NCBI GenBank assembly: GCA_904063045.1
Contig: CAJFCJ010000051.1
Coordinates: forward strand, 1 to 64,000
Source of the DNA: Dimorphilus gyrociliatus
Lineage: Eukaryota > Animalia > Annelida
Direction of reading: 5' to 3'
DNA: 64,000 nt
Shown here in pieces: positions 30,301 through 39,226 of this stretch; position 1 is the stretch's first letter, and each line of letters begins with the position of its first letter. A program made the translations under genes and the position numbers. Below the pieces are notes generated by a model. That model was not told the DNA's origin. It worked only from the letters and a program-made list of their open reading frames with translations, and made no database searches.

Positions 30301-30520
30301 ATTTTCTATTGAATTCCTTTCAGCAACTACATGTTCTCTTAATGACAAAGTTGATGTAAATTTTTACATTAATTGGCTGTCCTAAAAAACAATGTAATCG
30401 AATGCGAAAGTTCATTTTTATTTGTTATAAAATACCTTAGTAATTCGTTTCTTGCTTTCCGTTACATCTATCTTGCAATTAGTAAAAAAGCAAACACAGA
30501 TATGTAAATGAAATATCACC
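24357..30520 (-). CDS. GRL101/RXFP-type leucine-rich-repeat GPCR with SRCR-like and C-type-lectin-like modules and six LDLa repeats (5' end unresolved)
   Basis: Many exons. The 7TM region has ERQ at the DRY position, WFPI and NSVINPFLY. The hinge reads YFELCCL...CQP...SCADLM. LRRNT (CPTSCAC) and LRRs lie in exon 26273-24973. Six LDLa repeats (e.g. CRNGGYCISIKQICDGIVHCNEYDDEVNC) lie at 26150-27390. SRCR-like exons lie at 28300-30241 and a CTLD-like segment (FCKGRNGTLAFL) at 27935-28246. The start codon was not found. Confidence 0.8.
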
Positions 30521-30584
30521 TGTATTATTCTTACTCTCAACATAAAAGCATCTACATAATTTGTAAAGAAATAGTAAACATAAA

Positions 30585-30680
30585 CAGGGTTTGTAAAGGG
30601 TTTTTTTTTATTAAATCAAAAAAGAGAAACAGAATTCTCACATTTCAAGAGTCCCAATTGATTTTGGGGGGAAGCAGTCA
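30585..30680 (-). mobile_element. Very short 3'-terminal fragment of telomeric retroelement family I; marks the euchromatin/subtelomere boundary
   Basis: gggtttgtaaagggtttttt...aaatcaaaaaagagaaacagaattctcaca...gggaagcagtcaa aligns with the termini at 31202, 32116, 32783 and 34838. Confidence 0.75.
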
Positions 30681-30993
30681 AACCTACTAAATTTCGTCCT
30701 ACTTATAATAATAATGTACTAATCTATAAATGCAAAATCTGTCTTTCCATGAAAAGACTAGGACTAGTCTATTCAGAAAAAAACAAAACTAGGCGGTTTG
30801 TGAAAATAACTTTGAAAGCAAATGTAACAATACAAACATAACAAACATTGATTGGCTTAATAAATAAGTTTAAAGATACATATTTAATTAATTGTTTATA
30901 ATTCTTCAAACACTGACTCAAGCCAAACATCCTAAATTCATTAATTTATTATTAGATCAGTGCAAATAAAAAGGGATAGAAAAAATTTTATAG

Positions 30994-31194
30994 CAATTCA
31001 AAATCAATAAGTTCCCAATCATAAATAAAGATGATTTGAGAGAGACAAAGAGTCAATTTGAAGAAAAGTTAAAAAATTGCAAGAAGACAAAGACTGTTCT
31101 TGGAAAAGAAGAATATGGAAAAATGATAAATGAAGTTTTGAAATTAAAAAAGAACACTACGAGTAGTAGAGACTACAGACCGACAAGCAGATAG
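30994..31194 (+). pseudogene. Truncated N-terminal fragment of a KRBA2/Ginger2-like integrase
   Basis: The open frame QFKINKFPIINKDDLRETKSQFEEKLKNCKKTKTVLGKEEYGKMINEVLKLKKNTTSSRDYR resembles, from memory, the KRBA2-like N-terminus (FYEKL...L.KE.Y..LI.EV...K...RDYRRLKRY). It breaks off just before the retroelement junction at ~31202. Confidence 0.4.
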
Positions 31195-31201
31195 AACAAT
31201 C

Positions 31202-32115
31202 AGGGTTTGCAAAAGGTTTTTTTTGACTAAATCAAAAAAGAGAAACACAATTCTCACACTTCAAGAGTCCCAATTGTTTTTGGGAAGCAGTCAAAGAAAA
31301 AATACACCAAAATTGACATTTAAAACAATTTCCAAAAGAAAAGATTTTTTCAAAAAATTTTCAAAAAATTTTTTTCTGAAATTTTTTATTATTTCCTACC
31401 TACTCGACCTACCATGGTTTTGTCCCCCTCTCTATTAAATTTGTATATCTGGGACTCTTCAGGGTCTAATATAAAGGAATGAATGAGAGGTTTGATAATC
31501 TTAATAAAAAGCTTCTCTCCAGATTTTGATTTATTTGTTTGTTGATAAAGATTCTTGTGGGGTAAAAATTATAGATAAAAAAATAAAAAATACAAAATAC
31601 CTAATAGTTTAAAGCTTTTAAAATAACAAGGTATATAGAAGGAAGAATATATAGGCTTGAATAAAATGTAAGATTAAAAGAATAGTAAGTTGAGGGCATA
31701 TCTCTCCTACCCATTGGAAATACAGAAAGAAACAAAAATTGAAGACCTAAAAAATGTGGGAAAAAATAAGTTGGGTAAATAAATAGCAACCAGGATTTGA
31801 ATAACAATAAAAGTTGAAATAAAGATTAAACAATAAAAAATAGAAAATTAAAAAATTAAAAAATTAAACAATAAAAAATATAAATTAAAATTAAATAAAA
31901 GTATGCATTATATTACTGTTTATGGCTAGTAGATGAATTGAGTATGTATACAGGAATTGGTTAAATTATTGAAAATATATAAAATAAGTGAGTGTAAATG
32001 AATGAAGTGTGCTACATATGTTGTATTATGTAGAAAGTATGGTTAATTTAATTTTATGGCTAAAGATTAGAGGATTGTTAATTTGAAAATTATTAAATAA
32101 TATTGTTTGAAGACT
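31202..32115 (-). mobile_element. 5'-truncated family I telomeric retroelement 3' end (~0.9 kb)
   Basis: Aligns along its length with 32783-33672, starts at GGGTTTGCAAAAGG, contains a hammerhead, and ends abruptly at GAAGACT followed by GGGTTAGGG. Confidence 0.85.
31406..31466 (-). ncRNA. Minimal type I hammerhead ribozyme, probably inactive (G12A)
   Basis: Minus strand: GACC CUGAAGA GUCCC-loop-GGGAC AAA ACCAUGGU A^GGUC. The core GAA is changed to AAA. Confidence 0.75.
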
Positions 32116-32291
32116 GGGTTAGGGTTTGCAAAAGGTTTTTTTTGACTAAATCAAAAAAGAGAAACAGAATTCTCACACTTCAAGAGTCCCAGTTGATTTT
32201 GGGAAGCAGTCAGAGAAAAAATACACCAAAATCGACATTTAAAACAATTTCCAACAGAAGGGTTAGGGTTTGGTAAGGGTTATGGGTTAGG
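32116..32291 (-). mobile_element. ~140-nt family I 3' fragment flanked on both sides by telomeric repeats
   Basis: GGGTTAGGG, then the family I terminus truncated at ~32258, then agggttagggtttggtaagggttatgggttagg. Confidence 0.8.
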
Positions 32292-32431
32292 CCACTCACA
32301 CAACTCTGGTAATGTTTTTGGGAACTGGTTAGCTAGTGTTCCAGTGTAATACCTAACTTTTAATCAATGTTAGGTAGGGGTTCTCCTTGGTCAGGATTAT
32401 AGATTTGGGCTCCGGGTTAGGGTTAGGGTTT

Positions 32432-32752
32432 GCAAAGGTTTTAATAAGAGTTGAACTTGACACTATGATCTAAGTCCTGGTAAAAGTTGAGTAGCTTCCA
32501 CCAATTTTCATGAGTTCCAAATGGAATGCAAGAGTGTGGACCTCCTGCACAGGTTTGACAGAGAAAACAATATCCTGGTTCATGATGTAAAAAATTTTTT
32601 GAAAAATATTTTTTGAGTAACTGACCTACCATGGTTTCATCTTCCCCTTTAGCAAAGACTCATCAGGGTCATTTCTGAGTATAGCTTCTCTTACTGCTAT
32701 CTGGAAGGGGAGGCTAGGATCAATTCTATAACTGGATCCCACCTTGCATTTA
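32432..32752 (-). mobile_element. Diverged family II telomeric retroelement 3' end
   Basis: Follows GGGTTAGGGTTAGGG at 32414-32428, aligns with 52452-52775, contains a hammerhead, and is capped by (TTAGGG)4. Confidence 0.8.
32622..32671 (-). ncRNA. Minimal type I hammerhead ribozyme
   Basis: UGACC CUGAUGA GUCUU-UGCUAAAGGGG-AAGAU GAA ACCAUGGU A^GGUCA: intact core, GUA triplet and palindromic stem III. Confidence 0.85.
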
Positions 32753-32754
32753 AT

Positions 32755-32782
32755 TTAGGGTTAGGGTTAGGGTTAGGGTTAG
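32755..32782 (+). repeat. Interstitial telomeric repeat (TTAGGG)4TTAG
   Basis: Read directly; joined to the next family I terminus. Confidence 0.95.
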
Positions 32783-32978
32783 CAAAAGGTTTTTTTTGAC
32801 TAAATCAAAAAAGAGAAACAGAATTCTCACACTTCAAGAGTCCCAATTGTTTTTGGGAAGCAGTCAAAGAAAAAATACACCAAAATTGACATTTAAAACA
32901 ATTTCCAAAAGAAAAGATTTTTTCAAAAAATTTTCAAAAAATTTTTTTCTGAAATTTTTTATTATTTCCTACCTACAC

Positions 32979-33039
32979 GACCTACCGTGGTTTCGTCCCC
33001 CTCTCTCTTAAATTTGTATATCAGGGACTCTTCAGGGTC
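32979..33039 (-). ncRNA. Minimal type I hammerhead ribozyme
   Basis: GACC CUGAAGA GUCCC-loop-GGGAC GAA ACCACGGU A^GGUC: intact CUGANGA/GAA core. Confidence 0.82.
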
Positions 33040-33695
33040 TAATATAAAGGAATGAGTGAGAGGTTTGAGAATCTTAATAAAAAGCTTCTCTCCAGATTTT
33101 TGATTTATTTGTTTGTTGATAAAGATTCTTGTGGGGTAAAATTATAGATAAAAAATAAAAAATACAAAATACCTAATAGTTTAAAGCTTTTAAAATAACA
33201 AGGTATATAGAAGGAAGAATATATGGGCTTAGATAAAATGTGAGATTAAAAGAATAGTAAGTTGAGGGGATATATATCTCCTACCAGTTGGAAATACAGA
33301 AAAAATAAAAAATTGAAGACATAAAAAATGTGGGAAAAAATAAGTTGGGTAAATAAATAGCAACCAGGATTTGAATAACAATAAAAGTTGAAATAAAGGG
33401 TAAACAATAAAAATTGAAAATTCAAAAATTAGAAAATCAAAATTATAAATTAAAATTATGCATTATATTATTGTTTATGGCTAGTAGATGAATTGAGTAT
33501 GTGTACAGGAATTGGTTAATTAATTGAAAATATATAAAAAATAAGTGAGTGTAAATGAATGAAGTGTGCTATGTATGTTGTATTATGTAGAAAGTATGGT
33601 TAATTTAATTTTATGGCTAAAGATTAGAGGATTGTTAATTTGAAAATTATTAAATAATATTGTTTGAAGACTAACCTTTTTTTCTTGTATTGTAT

Positions 33696-34170
33696 TTTCC
33701 AACATTCATTTACTTTGCCAAGTGATAGGTTGTTCTGGCTAATGAATGGATTGGAAAGGAAATTGGATAATTGCTATTTATCTACCTATATATTGTTTGT
33801 AATGAATAATATAAGTATTAGGGAAGATGTTAGGATTCCTCATTCTTTTTTGAGTTTTGATTTTGATTTGTTTGTTGTAAGAATGGAAGGAATCTATATT
33901 TGTTAAATCTTTTACCAACATTCATTTGGTTGATACCTGAAAGTTGGCTTTTAGTTAATGAATGGGTTGGAAGCTGTATAAGTATGGATTATAATGATTT
34001 TGTTAAGGGAACCCTGAACCAATAAGATATATTTTAATAAGTATAAATAAGACAAAGGAAAATATTTGATAAAGTGAATTGCAAATTTGTACCTTAAAAC
34101 TTATTCTCCAACATTCATTTTGTTAGTCCAAGTATGTGCAGTTGATTTTGGCTAATGAATGGATTGGAAA
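33696..34170. repeat. Three spaced hairpin repeats (TTCCAACATTCATT...AATGAATGGATTGGAA)
   Basis: Copies at ~33696-33757, ~33914-33970 and ~34108-34169, with conserved complementary arms and variable ~30-nt loops. Confidence 0.7.
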
Positions 34171-34359
34171 AAATATCTATTAGTTGGGTTAAGTGAGTTC
34201 CTGTATGTAAGTTGGTGCAAAAAAGAGTGTGTATATTGAGCTTAAGATAAATAAAAAATAAAAAATAAAATGCTACCTACATGGCTTGGATTTAAAATAT
34301 GCAAGAAATTCAACAAATTACAGAATTTACAAAAGTCCCCAAAAATATGATAAAAACCT

Positions 34360-34520
34360 CATGAAATCTAACAAAGTCTACAAAGTCTAAAAAATCCACA
34401 AAATCAACAAAAGCCAAAAAATCTACAAAATGCTTAAAATCTGCTTTAAAATGCTTAAAATATGCTTTAAAATGCTTAAAATCTGCTAAAAATCTGCTTA
34501 AAATCTGCTTAAAATCTACC
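34360..34520. repeat. Minisatellite of 9-11 and 21-nt units (AAAATCTGCTT / AAAATCTAC)
   Basis: Tandem units read directly. Confidence 0.8.
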
Positions 34521-34837
34521 ATCAGAAATCCTAAATCATCATAATTGAATGTATAATGATTCTTAAGAAAATAGTACAGAATTTCATCATTTGGCTTTAA
34601 CAATAAAACATTATCAACACAACAAACTCCAACAATTTACCAAAAAAGATAGATTAGTTCACTGTCACATGTATAAGAATCTTTATCTTTTTTAAAAAGA
34701 AAGAAAAAGTTTTGAATCTTTTGCTCAAATATTCTAATTTTGAATTGAAAAAAGTCAATCTCATGGAAAAAGTTTTGTTTTAGTCATTGGTTATGGCTTA
34801 TGTATTAGTTCCTGTCATCCCACATTCTCTTTACTGG

Positions 34838-35100
34838 TTGGGGTTTGCAAAAGGTTTTTTTTGACTAAATCAAAAAAGAGAAACAGAATTCTCACACTTC
34901 AAGAGTCCCAATTGTTTTTGGGAAGCAGTCAAAGAAAAAATACACCAAAATTGACATTTAAAACAATTTCCAAAAGAAAAGATTTTTTCAAAAAATTTTC
35001 AAAAAATTTTTTTCTGAAATTTTTTATTATTTCCTACCTACACGACCTACCACGGTTTCGTCCTCCTCTCTATATTCATTACCAAGGACTCATCAGGGTC
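34838..35100 (-). mobile_element. Family I 3' terminus of a probably long element extending rightwards through the repeat array and ORFs
   Basis: GGGGTTTGCAAAAGG terminus near-identical to 32783-32980 up to the hammerhead, after which it diverges. Confidence 0.8.
35044..35100 (-). ncRNA. Minimal type I hammerhead ribozyme
   Basis: GACC CUGAUGA GUCCU-loop-AGGAC GAA ACCGUGGU A^GGUC: intact core. Confidence 0.85.
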
Positions 35101-38029
35101 TAGTAACCTACACCTACAGAGAGGTTGAAGATTTCCAATAGGGAATTCTCTTCTTCAGGTTTTTTCAATATATATCATATCAAAAGTGCTATTTACAATG
35201 ATACTGTTTAATGAAATATATACATACCATTCTTTCATTGAAAGATGTATATTTTGAAAGGAATTGGAGAAGTGGTACATTTAACTATCTTCTTTTAATG
35301 TGGTGTTGACTCCTTAATCTTCAAACTACAAATGAATCCAGTGAAAAAATGCCTACATTGTATATATAATATATGGAGAAGCCTGTGGGAACATGCCACA
35401 AACATATCAACTATAGATAAAATTATATAATGCCAATGTGAGAACATAAAGTTAGTAAAGTTTAAAAGCACAAATAATCAAATTAAACCTATGTGTGTGA
35501 GAAAGTTCTACAAACATGCTAAAGAGAGATAAGAGTTTGTAGTAATTTGATATTTACATTATGGTATTAGTCTATATACTGAATCTAAAATCTCTATCTT
35601 AATTAACAACAGAGTTAGTGCTACCCTGACAAATATGTTAAAAAAGGCTTTTATGAAAGAAAGAACATGTAAATTTTAATGGTGCCAAAACTCTGGAACC
35701 TTAAGAGATGATTGAACTTTGTAAAAAGATTTATGATAGGCGTAGTGATGTTAATCTATGTACAGAATTACAAATATACATCTTAATTAACAACAGAGTT
35801 AGTGCAGCCATGACAAATATTTTGTATAGGTTTATATATGAGAAATAATTTGATGGAGCCATAACTCTGGAACCATAAGAGATAACTCAATTCTGTAAAA
35901 AGAATTGGAATTGGTATAATAATATTAAATTATGTACAAAATTTTAGAGCTCTATCTTAACTATTAACAAATTTAATTTTTTTCTGACGAATATTTTTTT
36001 ATATACACTAATAACCCTGTTTAAATACAACATTCAAAGAAAATCATATCTTAGCAACTACTGCACCAATTTTTGATTAAATTTGAAATAAAATTATTGT
36101 CACAAAAAATATGGACAATTCGAAAGACATTTGGTACATTTATTAAGTATTTCTCATTTAAAAAATATTAATTATGATCATTATTTATATAAGGAAACTG
36201 CATTAAACTTTAAGTCAACGTAGCTCCCAAACTTTAAGAGATAATTGAATTCTGTAAAAAGATTTGAGATTAGGATGCCAATATTAGTAAATATACAAAA
36301 TTTCAAAGCTCTATCATAATTAATAACAAATCTAGGTTTTTTTTGACAAATATTTTATTGTTATGGCATACAACTGAGATTAAACATATTGTTCATAAGA
36401 TTCCATATCTCAGAAACTACTTGGCTGATTTGGATCAAATTTGAACCAAAATTAATGGCAAAAAGAAATCCAGAAAAACAGAAACATATTTGTAATGTTA
36501 ATTTAATATTTCCCATTTAAAATATATCAATTTTTATAATGACTTAATTAAGAAAAATGCATTAAATTTTAGTTCACCACAACTCAAAAACTATAAGAGA
36601 TAATTAAATTCTGTAAAAAGATTTGAGATTAGGATACTAATATTAGTATAAGTACAAAATTTCAAAACTCTATCATAATTAATAACAAATTTAGTTTTTG
36701 GATGACAAATATTTTAATTGTCAAAACAGAGTTTATATATAACATTCATAGGAATCCATATCTCAGCAACTACTGCACCGTTTTTGATCAAATTTGAAGC
36801 AAAATTATTGATAGAATGAGCCTATATTAAATTCCAATGAATCAAAATTATAAAATTAATTGAATGCAAAGTAATTTTTGTTTTAAAAAGTTGCTTTAAA
36901 AAAGATAAAGTTATTGTTTGTGTAATTGTTTCAAAAATTGCTTCATTAATTTCAATAGGTAAGTTTGCTCTTTTTTATATTGTATGAATAAATAAATAAA
37001 AATAAATAGAATTTAAAGGAAAGTAATTGAATAAAGTGATGAAAAAGCAACAGACAACATTCTACATATTTTAATAGATTAAAATTGAACAAAAACTAAT
37101 TATAAAAACTGATGTTAATTAGGATAATTTAACAATTTTACTGACATTTTGCTGTGTACTGGTGTAGTCTTTTTTCAAAAACTTTAACGCAACATAGCTC
37201 CCAAACTATAAAAGATAATTGAATTCTGTAAAAAGATTTAATATCGGTATAATAAAATCAATCTATGTACAAAATTCCAGAGCTCTAACTTTAATATTAA
37301 CAAATTTAGTTTTTTTGAACATCAAATATTTTTGTTTATATAGGCTTTTAATAGTGTTTATATATAATGTTTCTTAGAATCCATATCTCAGCAACTACTT
37401 GACCGATTTTGATCAAATTTGAAGTAAAATTATTGGCAGAAGAAGACATGGATAATTAGAAATATATTAGTTACACAAAAACAATATTTCCATTTTAAAA
37501 AATAAAATTCTTTTAATGAATTATGTAAGGAAGATGCACTAATCATCAAGGCAACGTAGCTTGGAAACCATAAGAGATAATTGAATTCTGTAAAAAGATT
37601 TGAGATTGGCGTACCAATATTAGTTTATGTACTTAATTTCAAAGCTCTATCTTAAATTTTAAGAAAAAGAGTCTTTTTCTGACGAATATTTCTTTAAATA
37701 TATTAACCTGTAACAGTGTTAAAGTACAATGTTCAAAAGAATCCATATCTCAGCAACTAGTGGGCCGATTTTGATGAAATTTGAAGCAAAATTATTGTCA
37801 GAAGATGTTTATAAACTTTATAAAAGAATAAATAAGAAAATATGTAAGACAGTTGTTTAAAATTGAAAACTAAAATTTATTAGAAAAAGGTAGAAAAAAC
37901 TACAAAAGTTGAAATACACAAAGATATATATATATATATATATAGAAAAAAAGTACAAGAAAAAGAGAAAACTGAATATAAAAGTTAAAAACATATATAC
38001 AAATAAAAATGAAATAGAAAATATTGTTT

Positions 38030-38455
38030 CTAAACCAATTTCTTTTCCAAAAAAACATATTTTATAAATTTAAGAAACATTGTCTGCTCTTTTTTATATT
38101 TGTTTGGGTCGAAATCAATTAAATGAAAGCCACTCCAACCCAAATTATTTTCTATCCTACTTGGAAAATATTTTTTTAAAAAGTAGATATCCTTTGGCAT
38201 ATTAGGTTTTAACTTTAAAAAGTCAACAATTTCAAATTTCAGTTTCTTTGGATATTCTTTCAAAATCACAATAATTTTTTTATCCTTTAAAGGCCACTCA
38301 ACCAGCAAATATGGAAAAGTATTGAATGATAACTTTTTGAATAATAATAATTGAACATTCTTAATATTATTTTTTTGAAAAATTTTTTTAAAATCTGGAA
38401 CTTTAATGTCAGTAAAATAGTCTGATATAATTACAGTTTCTGTACAAAAATCCAT
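38030..38455 (-). CDS. SGNH/GDSL-like (degenerate) module ORF, 'B-'
   Basis: ETVIISDYF...VQLLLFKKLSF...LLVEWPLKDKKIIVIL shares its pattern with four other ORFs in the window. It is in frame with the upstream ORF across one TAA. Confidence 0.55.
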   Translation of the reverse strand: MDFCTETVIISDYFTDIKVPDFKKIFQKNNIKNVQLLLFKKLSFNTFPYLLVEWPLKDKKIIVILKEYPKKLKFEIVDFLKLKPNMPKDIYFLKKYFPSRIENNLGWSGFHLIDFDPNKYKKEQTMFLKFIKYVFLEKKLV

Positions 38456-38518
38456 TGTGGGGCAAAATGTTTTTAAAATTTTTCTTTGTTTCCTTTTTGG
38501 AAAAAATCTTTCAATTTC

Positions 38519-39226
38519 TTACAGAAAATTGAAAGACCTAATTGCTAAATGATTGTTGTTTTCCAAATTAAAATACCTTTCATTAGCATCTTTAATTTTT
38601 TTACAATTTTCATTATCATTTTCATTTTCATTTGATATTGGTATTGGTGATGAAGTTGATGTGGGTGCAAAATGGCTTGTTTCATTCTGGTTTTGATTAT
38701 CAATTATCAATGTTGAATTGAGTTGTTCATTTACTTCTGGTTCAACAAGTTGATCAAAATACATTTCTTTGATTTCAGCAATTACATCATTAAATATTTC
38801 AGCACCCTCCATACAATTGGGTTTAGTCTTTAGTACTTGATAAATGACATATGGTAAGGAATTCTCCACTTGTCCCCAACTTGCAGGAGTTTTAAGAAGA
38901 GGTTTTAAATAAAAAAATTGATTTAAGTCAATTTGTTCTTTGCAATAATTCTTGATCTCAGTATAGACATTCTCTTGAAATTCCTCAAAGTGAAGTTTGA
39001 TTCTGTTATATAGCTTTTTGTGTTCATAAATTTTTAAATTTCCAAGTAATGGATAACTCAAAATATGACTATTGAAAAGAGTCTCAAAAGATTTTCCAAA
39101 ATTATTGTTCATTGAATTAAAAACAATTAATAGAATATGCTTGATTTGTATCAAGAGACTATTATAAGTAAAACTTGTAAATGTTGGGTTAATTTTTTCT
39201 GGATGGGGATATCTTTGAAAAGTCAT
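38519..39226 (-). CDS. Retroelement accessory ORF 'A-' (unknown function)
   Basis: Likely ATG at 39226 (MTFQRYPHPEK) after the acceptor tttcctttcctcag. IKHILLIVF...FETLFNSHILSYPLLG matches LKHQLNYIF...LENLLTTHVNQYRLLG in ORF 45305. Confidence 0.6.
   Translation of the reverse strand: MTFQRYPHPEKINPTFTSFTYNSLLIQIKHILLIVFNSMNNNFGKSFETLFNSHILSYPLLGNLKIYEHKKLYNRIKLHFEEFQENVYTEIKNYCKEQIDLNQFFYLKPLLKTPASWGQVENSLPYVIYQVLKTKPNCMEGAEIFNDVIAEIKEMYFDQLVEPEVNEQLNSTLIIDNQNQNETSHFAPTSTSSPIPISNENENDNENCKKIKDANERYFNLENNNHLAIRSFNFL

Larger units (their letters stand above)
32783..34837 (-). mobile_element. Family I telomeric retroelement 3' portion (~2 kb, no recognisable protein)
   Basis: Starts at the telomeric tract; the first ~890 bp match 31202-32115. 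It continues with three hairpin repeats and a minisatellite up to the next junction. The extent beyond 33672 is inferred. Confidence 0.7.

Noticed and set aside
32441-32632. 63-aa Cys/His ORF starting at the ATG inside hammerhead stem III
   Set aside because: The frame is not preserved in the homologous repeats at 52452 and 53055.
31223-35103. Repeated plus-strand ORFs MTKSKKRN... (31223, 32796, 34861)
   Set aside because: They start at TTG inside a T-run at the antisense 3' terminus of the repeat and are low-complexity; they recur only because the DNA is repeated.
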